The translations under genes were made by a program, and so were the position numbers. A stretch of DNA of 64,000 nt, from the IMG/VR virus record IMGVR_UViG_3300042332_001447, positions 1-64,000 of that record; one strand, 5' to 3'. Below the pieces are notes generated by a model. That model did not search any database and was not told the DNA's origin. It saw only the letters and a list, made by a program, of their open reading frames with translations. Position 1 is the first letter of the stretch; each line of letters starts with the position of its first letter. Positions 1-10,953 of this stretch are shown here, piece after piece. Source of the stretch: a virus.

Positions 1-144
1 TTCATCGGCAGGAACTGCCGATTACAGACATGGAGCTAAAATAAGACTTTTAAAGCAATTTAAAAGCAGCGGCTATGAAGTGTCTAAAAAGAAAGAACAT
101 TTATGTTCTGAAGCCGAACGATCTTTAGTCGTTCGGTAGTTCAC
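1..144 (+). ncRNA. TnpB omega-RNA scaffold / IS200-IS605 right end (copy 1, truncated by window start)
   Basis: 141/144 identical to 15009-15152 and homologous to the tnpB 3' end (about 22136-22288). Hairpin CCGAACGA-TCTTTAG-TCGTTCGG, ends GTAGTTCAC. Frame 2 is open to TAG at 139 and resembles the TnpB C-terminal tail (SSAGTADYRHGAKIR). Confidence 0.85.
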
Positions 145-167
145 TTTAGCATAAATAATACATATCT

Positions 168-974
168 ATGGCTAGCAAAAAAATATCTGAATTTCCAGAA
201 GAACTTTTACCGGATGTTACGGATGTTATACCTATTGTAGGTGGCGGAGCTAATAAAAAAGTAACCATTAGCACTATGGCTAATCAGGTTGCTGTAACAA
301 TGCAAACCTATACCGATAATAGGTTACTGGATTATTACACAAAAGCTGAAACAGACGGTAGTTTTTTACCTTTAAATCAGCTTAACACTATTTCAGATCA
401 AGTGAGTTCTTCGGTAGTAGCTAGTATTAACACACAATTACTCACATACGCTACACAAAACTATGTAAATAGTAACTTTATTAACGTTACAGAGTATACA
501 AATATATATCAAACGGCTAGTACTACTGCTAAAGATTATACAGATAATCAGCTATTAAATTATATTACAGTAAGTTATATTAATAGCACTGTTTATCCTG
601 CGGCGAGTGCAACAGCTAGAGATTACGTTAATACTAATTTTGTCCCGCTTAGTAGTTTAAACACTATTTACCAGACAGCAAGCACTACAGCAGCAACATA
701 TGTACAGAATTACACAAACGATGTTCATACACTTGTAAGATCTAATTCAGCAATTTGGGCCGAACCAACACGAAGATTTGAATATTTAGAGAATATAAGT
801 ACTCAGGTTAACCCGGTTACTTCGTACTCTGGATCTGCATTACCTGGAACGGCTTTAAGCTCGTCAGGTTGGACTATTAGAAGGATTATATACACAAATG
901 TAGGGAGCGTGTTTAATACAGGGATAGCACAAAATGCTATCTGGGATAATAGAACATCTACAATTTACGTATAA
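168..974 (+). CDS. Putative tail fibre / virion structural protein
   Basis: N-terminal KKISEFP...IPIV..NKKVT fibre-type motif, Thr/Tyr/Asn-rich repeats, TAAATA upstream. Confidence 0.6.
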   Translation: MASKKISEFPEELLPDVTDVIPIVGGGANKKVTISTMANQVAVTMQTYTDNRLLDYYTKAETDGSFLPLNQLNTISDQVSSSVVASINTQLLTYATQNYVNSNFINVTEYTNIYQTASTTAKDYTDNQLLNYITVSYINSTVYPAASATARDYVNTNFVPLSSLNTIYQTASTTAATYVQNYTNDVHTLVRSNSAIWAEPTRRFEYLENISTQVNPVTSYSGSALPGTALSSSGWTIRRIIYTNVGSVFNTGIAQNAIWDNRTSTIYV

Positions 975-987
975 ATAATTTTATTAA

Positions 988-3981
988 ATGATTATTACAC
1001 CTCTAGATATTCCTGCATGTGCTTTATGGTTAGATGGAGCTGATCCGTCTACGATGTATCAATCTATAAGTGTAAGTAGAGAAAATCTATTTTTATACCC
1101 CGAATCGTTCTATCAGTGGAATACATTTAACGGGGGCGCTGGTAGTAATTTTTCTGTAGTCGCAGTTTTAACGTCTGATCACGTACCACCTGATAATAGT
1201 TACCCTATAACCAATAGGTTAAGCATAAGCGCAGCTAGTACGTTTGATACCACTTTATATCAAACAGTTACATTAGCTCCATGTGCTTATACTTTTTCTG
1301 TTTGGTTTAAACCTCTAACCTTATCTGCAGTACGGTTAGATATAACACGCTCAACAACTTCTGTACCAGGTGTGCAGGGAGCAAGCTGTATATTTGATCT
1401 ACAAACAGGTACCGTATCAGGTAGTGTAATCACATACGGTGGAGTCTCGTCATCTACTGCTACGATAACTCCTTCTGCAGGTTGGTATGAGTGTACATTA
1501 ACAATCTCTAATAGCACCACTCAAAACTACAATACACAAATTAAATTATTATCCACAGGTTCATTATTAGCGTATGGCGCACAATTAGAACTAAGTGCAA
1601 CGCGTACTGGCTATTTTGTCGGTGCTACAGTTGCTCCGATATTTAGTGACGCTATAACAACAAACCTCTCTGCAGTTGGTTGCTGGCTTGACAAATCTCC
1701 GAGACAACAAGTATTTAGCAACAAGTGGATCCCTGCTTGGAGACCGGTATATATACCTAGTTTGAGCGCAGTTCGCTTTACTGGTCCGTATCTTGCAACA
1801 TCATCAGTAGAGTCACTATCAGCTCAAACTGTATTTATTTTCGGGAGAATATTTGGTGGTAATAATAGTTTGCTTTTTGCACAAGGTGCTATATATCCTA
1901 CATCTAATTACGCTGCAATACAATCTGAACCTATGTATTATACTCCGTTCTATCACGGCGGAGGATGGAATAACACATGGGGCGGTCAATTTGGGTCTGC
2001 TTGGTGGAACAGTCAAGTGTATACCAATGGTAGGTATCAAATTTATAACGCAACACGTGTACGGAATGTGGTAATAAACAGAGTAGACGTGGCGAATATC
2101 GGTGCAACATATACAGGGACGTATATGCAAAACATTAAAACTAATTGCCGAGTTTTAGCGACCGGGATGCAGGAAAACCAATTTGCAGACGTGTGTGAGG
2201 TAATTGTATATAACCGAGAACTAACACCTACGGAAAAATCTGAAGTTGAGTATTATCTAACAAGAAAATGGAGCTCTTTAAATTCAACTATACCTCGTTA
2301 CGTATATGCTACTAAAAACGGTAGTTGGTCAGATTCTACAGTCTGGTCAATTAATACTGAACCTTCTCCTTGGAATGTAATTTTAAGCTCTGATAACGTC
2401 TATTCTAATACTTTTACTGTTACTGCTAATAGTTCTACAAGAGTTAGTACTGTACAAAATGCTGCATTAGTTCCAAATATTGCTGCTGGAGGCTCTTTTA
2501 TTTTATCTAATGATGTTTCTTTGAGTGCAAGCATTATAGGCAACGGTACACAATATTGCATGTTAGCTAACGTACCTAATAGCAATTGTTCATTGTATGG
2601 TAGTTTTTTGCAGTCTTCTGCTCTGAGTAGTACAAATAACAATACAATATACTTGCAAGGATTTACGTTTACTGGTGCAGGCGGACCAGCAAATGTTTTA
2701 GCGTTAAGTTCAAATTTAATTGTTGTTAATTGCGTTCTCCCTGGCAACGTAGGTGGTAGTTTTAGAATACAATTAGGGGGTAGTGCAAATACTAGCTACT
2801 ACTTATCAGCTATAAACTGTAACGTAGGAGACTACAGCGGTTTTGGAAATAGTGGGACGTTAATAAATTTTATTAATAGTTCGCCTATTGGATATTTTAG
2901 AAATTGTAATTTTGGGTCAAGTGGCGGTGGGAATGGCTGGCCAGGTAAAGGTGTTTGGTTTTCTTCAACTAACGGCACTGCGTATGTAACAAATTCTGTT
3001 CTTAGTAGTTATCCAAATACTCAGTGGTCAGGAAATAGTTTTACAATTAATAGCACAAATACTGGTTATTTTGACAATTGCGTTCTCCTTGGCGGCGGAT
3101 CAGCCAATGAAAATTGCTGTGCTATAAGCAATGGTGGATTGATATACATAACAAATTCCTCTCTAAGAGGTGGTACTGCTGGCCACGCTGTTCGTAACTC
3201 TGGGACATGCTTTATTTCAGCTAATAGCTTATTTAACGGGATAGGTGGAGCTATCATAAATAACACAGGGACATTGAGTTTATTTGCCTCAGCATCAGAT
3301 TTAATAGCTAATAATATCACCAATGCTATTATATCAACTGGCAGCTTGAGTGCTACAGTCAGAAACATCATAAACGCTCCAAATGGTTATCAAGCCATTT
3401 TTGCTTCTCGTTATCACGTCTTCCCAGGCACTTCAGCAACTTATACAAGACATGCTGTAAATGGTTATGATTCCTATGTAGATTACTGGACATCTAATGC
3501 AACATTCACTTACCCAGCCTCTTCGGATGTTGTTTTAAATACAACTTATAATAACAATACATTGACAGGATCGATGGCTCTTCCAAATACTTCAGCAGTA
3601 TTCTTAGATTGCCCTGTTGGTTCCACAACAACAACTATTTTTCAAGTTACTACTGGTAACAGATATCTAATTACTTCAAATCCTCTTAACACTAATTTTA
3701 CTCTAGTAGGTGCAAGTAGTAACACACCAGGTACAATATTTACAGCTACTAGCGCCATAACACTATCCACACCTATTACGGCATATAACAGTGATACTGG
3801 TAGAGTAGCACTTCTCGGTACATCAACACCACCCACTGTTGATAGTTTTTGGAATAGAGCGTTATCTGAGCTTACTTTACCGAGTAATACAGCTGGTGGT
3901 AAATTGAAGAATGTTGTAACAACTCAGCAACTTTCAAGCATATATACAGGGTTAATATATACAGTACCAGGGAATTTTTAA
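988..3981 (+). CDS. Virion appendage protein: LamG/ConA-like domain with inserted CBM-like module, beta-helix and shared C-terminal module
   Basis: LWLDGAD...WLDKS...EVIVYNRELT..VEYYL.RKW LamG-like motifs; GAQLE module; C-terminus paralogous to 4294 and 8901. Confidence 0.7.
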   Translation: MIITPLDIPACALWLDGADPSTMYQSISVSRENLFLYPESFYQWNTFNGGAGSNFSVVAVLTSDHVPPDNSYPITNRLSISAASTFDTTLYQTVTLAPCAYTFSVWFKPLTLSAVRLDITRSTTSVPGVQGASCIFDLQTGTVSGSVITYGGVSSSTATITPSAGWYECTLTISNSTTQNYNTQIKLLSTGSLLAYGAQLELSATRTGYFVGATVAPIFSDAITTNLSAVGCWLDKSPRQQVFSNKWIPAWRPVYIPSLSAVRFTGPYLATSSVESLSAQTVFIFGRIFGGNNSLLFAQGAIYPTSNYAAIQSEPMYYTPFYHGGGWNNTWGGQFGSAWWNSQVYTNGRYQIYNATRVRNVVINRVDVANIGATYTGTYMQNIKTNCRVLATGMQENQFADVCEVIVYNRELTPTEKSEVEYYLTRKWSSLNSTIPRYVYATKNGSWSDSTVWSINTEPSPWNVILSSDNVYSNTFTVTANSSTRVSTVQNAALVPNIAAGGSFILSNDVSLSASIIGNGTQYCMLANVPNSNCSLYGSFLQSSALSSTNNNTIYLQGFTFTGAGGPANVLALSSNLIVVNCVLPGNVGGSFRIQLGGSANTSYYLSAINCNVGDYSGFGNSGTLINFINSSPIGYFRNCNFGSSGGGNGWPGKGVWFSSTNGTAYVTNSVLSSYPNTQWSGNSFTINSTNTGYFDNCVLLGGGSANENCCAISNGGLIYITNSSLRGGTAGHAVRNSGTCFISANSLFNGIGGAIINNTGTLSLFASASDLIANNITNAIISTGSLSATVRNIINAPNGYQAIFASRYHVFPGTSATYTRHAVNGYDSYVDYWTSNATFTYPASSDVVLNTTYNNNTLTGSMALPNTSAVFLDCPVGSTTTTIFQVTTGNRYLITSNPLNTNFTLVGASSNTPGTIFTATSAITLSTPITAYNSDTGRVALLGTSTPPTVDSFWNRALSELTLPSNTAGGKLKNVVTTQQLSSIYTGLIYTVPGNF

Positions 3982-4007
3982 CTTCTAGCAATAATTATAC
4001 GTAAACT

Positions 4008-4289
4008 ATGACATCAACAACACCTATTGAATATGACGGAGAAGTATATCCATTATATAGTGCAAATCTTGCAATTACATCTTCATTTGTTAATGGTAAT
4101 ATAGAAGCCAGTGCTGCTATGCGTCTAGTGCCAACTCGAATTGATTCAGACGGTAATGCTGTAACACTTGATTCACAAGCAAAGTCAGTACTCGTTGGTA
4201 CTGTACAAGGCATATCCGGACCTGAACAAGAAGCTATGGCTGCTATCTACACTGCTGTTCAAAACTTTATTAACGCTAAAGGTCTTTAA
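4008..4289 (+). CDS. Small hypothetical protein between fibre genes (possible chaperone)
   Basis: 93 aa, tightly packed in the operon. Confidence 0.55.
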   Translation: MTSTTPIEYDGEVYPLYSANLAITSSFVNGNIEASAAMRLVPTRIDSDGNAVTLDSQAKSVLVGTVQGISGPEQEAMAAIYTAVQNFINAKGL

Positions 4290-4293
4290 TTAG

Positions 4294-7200
4294 ATGGCTG
4301 CTGTATCGTCTCCATTACTAATACCTGGGTGTCAACTTTGGCTGGATGCTGCTGACAGCTCCACGCTGTTTGATGCTACAGTTGGTGGTTCTTTAGTAAC
4401 CACCGACGGTACTGCAGTAGCTCGTTGGGAGGATAAATCTGGAAACGGTAGACATGCTACTCAATCTACTGCTAATGCAAGACCTCTTTTAAGAACAAAC
4501 GTTAAGAACGGAAGAAACGTTTTAAGATTTGATGGTTCTAACGATTTTATATCTGGCTCATCCTTCCCCTCTGTTTCTCAGTATAGTATATTTGCTGTAT
4601 ACAAGCGAACCGGATCGAATACAAACGCGTTTGGTAATTTTACCTTTGTTTTTGGTATAGGGAAAAGCGGAGATGGAACCGCTGCAGGTAGATTAACGCA
4701 CATTCATTACGCGAGCACTCCAAATGCATTTTGGTGGAGTGTTAGAGTTGGGGCTGCAGATTTAAGTATTACTCGGAATGACAATTTTAATGTTCATTCT
4801 TGCATTGCTCCTTTAGGAACAGGAACCGCAAGATATCTATTAAATGGGTCAAATGAACAAACAGTAGACGTTTCAACTCTGAATGGCTCAACAAACACTC
4901 CTCTTATATATAATTTAGGAGCAAATACTTGGAACCAGGGTCAATTCATGAATGGAGACATTTCAGAAATCCTTGTCTACAACACTGCTCTTACAACAAC
5001 TCAACGTCAGTCTGTGGAAGGGTACTTAATGGATAAATGGGGTATACCGTTAGCTATTAATTCTCCAAATGATGTAGTTGGTTGCCAGCTTTGGCTTGAT
5101 GCTAGTGACACAAGCACTCTAGCTATGGCTACTAGTGCTGTACGTACTAATTTGCTTACATATAGCGAAGATTTTGATAACACAGCTAACTGGTCTGTTA
5201 ATGGTATTACTTCAAGAACTGCAAATATAACAGCGTCTCCGTTTGGTTTAATGACTGCAGATCTCATTACTGAGAACACCTCAGCTGGGGCACATGGTAT
5301 ATTTCAAAGCAGAAATACTTACCCTGCTGGGGTTTATACGGCTAGTGTTTATTTAAAATATCACAGTAAGCAATTTGCTAGTGTTAATATTTATTCTGGT
5401 ACGACTAGTGCTACCAGAGTAGGGGTTACATTAGATCTCACAACTGGTACAGTGACTCAGGTAAATACACTCGGAACACCGGGTCTTTCGTCATTTTCTG
5501 TTGATACGACCTATGCTTCTCAAGGCTGGTATAGAGTTACAGCAACTATGCAATGTTCCGCTGTTGGTAACAATACGGGTATTGCAATTAATCTTTCTAA
5601 TACCGGCACACCAACGAGTTTTGTTGCGAGTACACTTGACCCGTCATACACAGGTACGAGTGGTGCTATGTTTATTTACGGTGCTCAGTTTGAAGCTGGT
5701 TCAGTTGCAACACCGTATTTGTATTCTGGTCCAGTTAGTAATAGTGTATTTCGACCGTTGAGCGGTAAAAATGTTACTAATCTTTTAACATTTAGTGAAG
5801 ATTGGGGTAATGGCGTGTGGGTTAAAGATAATCTTACAGTAGCTGCTAATGTGTCTGCGTCTCCAATAGGTACCCTTAGCGCTGATAAACTTTTTGAAAC
5901 TGTTACAGCTTCTCCTGTTGCTCACCGTGTTCTTAATCAATTCAACAGCGCAGCACAGCATATACCTATAACGTTTTCAGTTTACGCAAAACAAGCTGAG
6001 CGACAGTTTGTACAATTAGCTGTAGAAGCAGGTAGTAACTCAAACATATTTACTACTATTTTTGATATTACGAGCGGGGCAGGAGCAGTAGCTGCTTCTC
6101 GGGTCACAGGTACTGCTAGCCTTAGTACATCGACAATAACTCATGTAGGTAGTGGTTGGTATAGATGCTCGATTACCGGTACAAACTCCAATACATCAAC
6201 CACTGGTAATATATTTCCCTACATAAATATAACAGATAGACCAGACTTTACCGGTACTCTAGCATCCACTGTTTACCCAGCTTATATTGGTTCATCTCTA
6301 TCTGGGGTACTCGTTTGGGGTGCTCAACTCGAATACGGTTCACTTTCAACATATGTCTCAACTGGCGCTAGTACTGTTACAGCTCTTATTACTAGCGATC
6401 CGTTAATTGATAATTCTCTTATTGCACATTGGAGTAATAAGTCTGTTAATAGTAGTGTTTCTAGTATTAGCGATTTTACAGATGTCGGAGGTTCGGTTGT
6501 AACCAGACCAGTTTACAAAACAAATATACAAAATAACTACGGTGTCGTGAGATTTAACGGTATTTCACAATATTTAACAGATTATTTTAACGGTACTAAC
6601 TATACTTCTCAAACTGTGTTTGTTGTAGCTACACTCGGAACGAGTACAGGGGGTTGGGATAGATACTACACGCAAAACTCATCTGCTGTTGCTGATTATA
6701 CTATAGGTTCCGGGCATTATATACCTATAATTAGGAACACGACAACTCAAACAGTCGGTTCATACGCCAACGGTATAGCTGTTAGTACATTTACCCCTCG
6801 CGGTACCGTGGTTGCTGATATAATGACGTCTACACATACAGGGTCAGCTATACAGTGTTTTTTAAACGGTTATCCGAGTTCTTCTACATATGCTCATTCA
6901 CTTAACTATAATGTCGTAATGTCGAGACTCGGAGCTAATTTTGATAGTACTATCGGTTCTTACCTAAGAGGAGGTATAGCTGAAGTTATTGTATACAATC
7001 AATGTTTAAGTTTAACAGAACGTCAAGCTGTTGAAAATTATTTAGCGAGAAAATGGAATTTACCTCGTACCGTGCGAGCTCTCCAAGATGGTAACTGGTA
7101 TGATCCTAATACGTGGAGTATTAATGCTGAAAGCTCATCATTTAACGTACCAGCATCTACTGACGACGTATTCGCAAATAGTTTTAATATTAATATAAGC

Positions 7201-8835
7201 TCGAGTGTTATAGCGCAATCTCTAAATACTCTAAACACTCTAAATACATTAAGCCTCACTGGCGCTCTACTCTCTGCTGCATTCTTAAGCGGTGGTACAT
7301 TTAATATAACTCAACCTATTAATGTTGTAACTCTTTCCGGTATACGGGCAGGTAGTACGACTTGTATTGTCGATCATGTCAGCTCGGGTACTGTTTCATT
7401 TACAGGTAACGTATTTGCAGGTAACTTTACTAATGCTGATGGAATTATTAATTTATCCGGTGGTAATATTTCAGTCTTCGGTAATATTACAGGAGGAGCT
7501 GGTATTGGAGCTGATGGTCTTTTGAATCCTTTTGGAGGTAATATTTCTGTTACCGGTAACGTAACTGGTGGTTCAAATACTAATGCTAACGGTATCAATA
7601 GTCTTTCGAGTAATAATATTTCTGTTACCGGTAACGTAACTGGTGGTTCAAATAGTACAGCTTACGGTATATTAAACAATCAAAGCACAACTGCAATTAT
7701 TTCTGGTAATATATTAGGTGGTACCGGTACTGGTGTATGGAGTGGTTCTTTAGGTAATACGCTCATTACAGGTAACGTTACAGGAGGTTCTGGTACTTCT
7801 GCGTTTGGAGCAGTTAATAACTCCACTGGCAGCATTTCGATTTTGGGCAACGTTACGGGCGGTTCGTCTGGATCTGGAGCAGTTAATAATAGTACTGGAA
7901 GTATATCAATAACTGGTGTAACATTGGCCGGATCAGCTGCCAGTGCGTCCGGAGCAGTTAATAACGGAGCTGGTAATGTTACTTTAGTTGGTAATGTGTC
8001 TGGTACCAGTGCGTCTACAGGAGCTCATAATAATGGTTTTGGAAACATTTATGTAATAGGTGATATTCGACCAGGAGCTGGTACGTCTGCATCAGTAGGA
8101 TTACACAACGCGAGTCAGGGCAACGCTTATATTACCGGAAACGTTATAGGGGGTACAATAGCAAGCAATAATAGTGCTGTTGCTAACTCATCGACTGGAG
8201 CTGTCTTGATAGTTGGTAATGTATTTGGAAGCACAGGTAATACTCAAGCAATAAATAACTCTTCTACCGGGACACTTTTAATTTCTGGAATAATTACGGC
8301 TTCTGAGAGTATGCATGGAGTAGTTTCTTCAAACACTGCTGCTAGAAATATATTTACAGGATCATTAGTAAACGGTTTAAGCGGAAGACAAGCAGTATAT
8401 GCTGCTAGATATCTTCTCCGACCACAAATGTTCAATAGTTATACAAGAATAGCTGGTCCTTCGGCAACAAATACCCCGGTATTTTATTACGGACCAGAAG
8501 CCTACGCGTCAACTTACGTGCCACATACCTCTTCAGTAAGAGCTGGTACAACATATGCTGCTGTTTCTTCGTTATCTGAAGTTGCTGTAAACATTCCTAC
8601 CCAGCTTATTGGTACTATGCACGTACCGTCTCCTGCATCAGTATCATTTAATGTACCAGTTGAAAGTACGACTGGTACTGGTATAGTTAGTCCTGCTTCT
8701 CTACAGCAGCTTTGGAGTGTAAGTCTTGATAATATTAAGACAAGTAACTCACTCGGTGCTAGGTTAAAAAATGTAGCTACTATACAAGAAGTCGGAGATT
8801 TACTAGCTTATGGTGTCACTTCTCACAACAACTGA
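4294..8835 (+). CDS. Large virion appendage protein: two LamG-like domains, two CBM-like inserts, Gly-rich beta-helix
   Basis: Two QLWLDA.D motifs; two TNLLT[YF]SED...GAQ[FL]E modules; about 25-aa GNVTGG repeats. Confidence 0.7.
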   Translation: MAAVSSPLLIPGCQLWLDAADSSTLFDATVGGSLVTTDGTAVARWEDKSGNGRHATQSTANARPLLRTNVKNGRNVLRFDGSNDFISGSSFPSVSQYSIFAVYKRTGSNTNAFGNFTFVFGIGKSGDGTAAGRLTHIHYASTPNAFWWSVRVGAADLSITRNDNFNVHSCIAPLGTGTARYLLNGSNEQTVDVSTLNGSTNTPLIYNLGANTWNQGQFMNGDISEILVYNTALTTTQRQSVEGYLMDKWGIPLAINSPNDVVGCQLWLDASDTSTLAMATSAVRTNLLTYSEDFDNTANWSVNGITSRTANITASPFGLMTADLITENTSAGAHGIFQSRNTYPAGVYTASVYLKYHSKQFASVNIYSGTTSATRVGVTLDLTTGTVTQVNTLGTPGLSSFSVDTTYASQGWYRVTATMQCSAVGNNTGIAINLSNTGTPTSFVASTLDPSYTGTSGAMFIYGAQFEAGSVATPYLYSGPVSNSVFRPLSGKNVTNLLTFSEDWGNGVWVKDNLTVAANVSASPIGTLSADKLFETVTASPVAHRVLNQFNSAAQHIPITFSVYAKQAERQFVQLAVEAGSNSNIFTTIFDITSGAGAVAASRVTGTASLSTSTITHVGSGWYRCSITGTNSNTSTTGNIFPYINITDRPDFTGTLASTVYPAYIGSSLSGVLVWGAQLEYGSLSTYVSTGASTVTALITSDPLIDNSLIAHWSNKSVNSSVSSISDFTDVGGSVVTRPVYKTNIQNNYGVVRFNGISQYLTDYFNGTNYTSQTVFVVATLGTSTGGWDRYYTQNSSAVADYTIGSGHYIPIIRNTTTQTVGSYANGIAVSTFTPRGTVVADIMTSTHTGSAIQCFLNGYPSSSTYAHSLNYNVVMSRLGANFDSTIGSYLRGGIAEVIVYNQCLSLTERQAVENYLARKWNLPRTVRALQDGNWYDPNTWSINAESSSFNVPASTDDVFANSFNINISSSVIAQSLNTLNTLNTLSLTGALLSAAFLSGGTFNITQPINVVTLSGIRAGSTTCIVDHVSSGTVSFTGNVFAGNFTNADGIINLSGGNISVFGNITGGAGIGADGLLNPFGGNISVTGNVTGGSNTNANGINSLSSNNISVTGNVTGGSNSTAYGILNNQSTTAIISGNILGGTGTGVWSGSLGNTLITGNVTGGSGTSAFGAVNNSTGSISILGNVTGGSSGSGAVNNSTGSISITGVTLAGSAASASGAVNNGAGNVTLVGNVSGTSASTGAHNNGFGNIYVIGDIRPGAGTSASVGLHNASQGNAYITGNVIGGTIASNNSAVANSSTGAVLIVGNVFGSTGNTQAINNSSTGTLLISGIITASESMHGVVSSNTAARNIFTGSLVNGLSGRQAVYAARYLLRPQMFNSYTRIAGPSATNTPVFYYGPEAYASTYVPHTSSVRAGTTYAAVSSLSEVAVNIPTQLIGTMHVPSPASVSFNVPVESTTGTGIVSPASLQQLWSVSLDNIKTSNSLGARLKNVATIQEVGDLLAYGVTSHNN
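7539..7654 (+). repeat. Exact 41-bp direct repeat (7539-7579, 7614-7654) in beta-helix repeats
   Basis: TAATATTTCTGTTACCGGTAACGTAACTGGTGGTTCAAATA twice with a 75-bp period. Confidence 0.9.
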
Positions 8836-8900
8836 GCGTCAAGGAATTGAAATATATCTTAACACAAAATGGGGGATTTATTAATAAATAAATAAATAAT

Positions 8901-10226
8901 ATGGCGAACGTAAGAGCACTAAGAAGCGGAATTTGGCATGACACAAACCCGACAACGTCTCCATGGGGATCGGGAGGGCAAGTGTTTTTTCCAGCGTCGA
9001 ATGATGATGTCTGGCTAAACAATTTTACTGTTCAATTGACTGCTAATGCTACTGTTGCTTCCATAACCAACGCCTCTGCAACGTCCAGAGCGTGGATTTA
9101 CGGTGACACAACAACCGCTGCTTCTGGAGGAGTTTTAGTTATTGAAAATAATTCTAGTTTTTCGTCTAGTTCAATAGTTGCAGGAACGGCTACTGTTATT
9201 AATGTAGGTGGAGCGAGCGGAGCAACAATTACTGGAAGTATTTGGAATTCTTCTGCTTCATCTCAACCAGCGTTAAGCATCAATACTACTGGTACTGTTA
9301 ACATCGTTGGTTCAGTTGCTGGAGGGGCAGATTCAGGTCGAAACGGAATTAATGTTGTGAGCGGAACAGTGAATATCACAGGAAACGTTAGCGGAGGCTC
9401 TGGTGGTAATCTAAACGGCAATGGGCTGTTTAGTTCTGGAGGAACTACGACGATTACCGGTAACGTTGTTGGTGGAACTCATACTGGTGGAGGAGGATCT
9501 GATATGAGTCACGGCGTAAGAATATCTGGAGGGGTTGTAAGAATAACGGGAAACATAACTGGCCAAGGCCAGTCGAGCGCTGCTCTTGGAAGTGGTAATG
9601 TAGCTGGTTGTGGAGCATATATCACAGGTGGAGCTCTTACGACAACAGGTATCGTTAATGGTAGCAGTTTAAGTTATTTGGCTCCTGGTTTGTTTGTTGG
9701 TGGAGGAACAGTAAACGTAAACGGTAATGCAGTCAGTTCAAACACGAATTCAGCAATTTGGGGAAATACATCGTTCAATTTTTCTGGAAACATTTTAAAT
9801 AGTGCAACTGGAATTGTTGCAATCTATGCCCCAGTTTACAGAATTGATCCAGTCCCAACAAACGGTTTTATAAGACATGCAAGAAACGGTACTGGAGTTG
9901 GTTCAGATGCTTGGCTTTATCAATATACAACTGATTCGTTGAGTGCTTTTTCAATGCCTCCTGTAAGTTCTGTTAGAGCTGGCGTACAATTTGCTAACAA
10001 CACTTTAACCGGTACTTGTCTCGTACCTTCACCTAGCTCTGTATCATTTGGTACGTTAGTTGATAATACATCAGGTACCGCGGTTGTTAGTGTTAACGAT
10101 TTATTTCAAATCTTTAGTACGCCGCTCTCGTCTCTAACTACACCGAATACAATAGGTAGCAGAATAAGAACAGCTGCAACAACTGAAGCAGCTGGAAATC
10201 TTATTGCTTCGTTTACAAACGGTTAA
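8901..10226 (+). CDS. Gly-rich beta-helix virion protein, minimal paralogue of 988 and 4294
   Basis: N-terminal VRALRSGIW matches internal VRALQDGNW/VYATKNGSW; shared C-terminal SSVRAG...VPSP.SVSF module. Confidence 0.65.
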   Translation: MANVRALRSGIWHDTNPTTSPWGSGGQVFFPASNDDVWLNNFTVQLTANATVASITNASATSRAWIYGDTTTAASGGVLVIENNSSFSSSSIVAGTATVINVGGASGATITGSIWNSSASSQPALSINTTGTVNIVGSVAGGADSGRNGINVVSGTVNITGNVSGGSGGNLNGNGLFSSGGTTTITGNVVGGTHTGGGGSDMSHGVRISGGVVRITGNITGQGQSSAALGSGNVAGCGAYITGGALTTTGIVNGSSLSYLAPGLFVGGGTVNVNGNAVSSNTNSAIWGNTSFNFSGNILNSATGIVAIYAPVYRIDPVPTNGFIRHARNGTGVGSDAWLYQYTTDSLSAFSMPPVSSVRAGVQFANNTLTGTCLVPSPSSVSFGTLVDNTSGTAVVSVNDLFQIFSTPLSSLTTPNTIGSRIRTAATTEAAGNLIASFTNG

Positions 10227-10492
10227 CCGAGTCCTGCTGTTTTACTGATGTTAATAGATACTTCAGTTACGTCAAAGTAAATAGTATGATTTTCTCCGCC
10301 GACGTCGATTGAATAACCTTTAATTTTACGCATTTTACCGTTTGAGTACCGTGTAATTCTATCGAGAGTTTGTTCAGTTATAATGCTGTAATTTGTACCT
10401 TCAAATTGCTTACTAATAGCTTGGCGAAGAAATTCATTAATTTCCATATGCCCTACCTGTTCCGGTTTTACGATGTATACTACTGGTTCCAT
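10223..10492 (-). CDS. Hypothetical protein
   Basis: 89-aa ORF in a minus-strand cluster. Confidence 0.55.
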   Translation of the reverse strand: MEPVVYIVKPEQVGHMEINEFLRQAISKQFEGTNYSIITEQTLDRITRYSNGKMRKIKGYSIDVGGENHTIYFDVTEVSINISKTAGLG

Positions 10493-10521
10493 ATTTATTA
10501 TAAATTATAGTAAATATTAAA

Positions 10522-10953
10522 TTAGTCAAGCCCGTAATAGGTATTAAGGATCTTTATATGTTCTTGTTTATTCTTTACAAGATACGCAAAATGATACTTT
10601 CCCCAAATTTTGCTATCTACGTATCTACACCACAATTTTCTAGCTAAACGGTCTATCTTATTTTCAACTCTAAAAGCAATTTCTGTATTTGTTATTGCGC
10701 CGAAGTGATATGGTTTCCACCACCCTCTTTTACAGGCAATATGATGTGCAAATTCATGAAAAAAAGTCTGCAATATACGAGCTTTAGTTAATCTACTACA
10801 AATATAAATAACTTTTGTTTTATTATGATATGTACCGTCTACGTATATACCTCTACTATTATAAGTTACCCTACTAACACCGTTCGTTTTTGCTAAACAT
10901 TTTATGTTCTGTTTTAAACAAACAAGAGACATACGTTTAGCAAATACTTTCAT
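10522..10953 (-). CDS. HEXXH metallopeptidase-like protein (ImmA/IrrE-like)
   Basis: TFFHEFAHH motif. Confidence 0.55.
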   Translation of the reverse strand: MKVFAKRMSLVCLKQNIKCLAKTNGVSRVTYNSRGIYVDGTYHNKTKVIYICSRLTKARILQTFFHEFAHHIACKRGWWKPYHFGAITNTEIAFRVENKIDRLARKLWCRYVDSKIWGKYHFAYLVKNKQEHIKILNTYYGLD

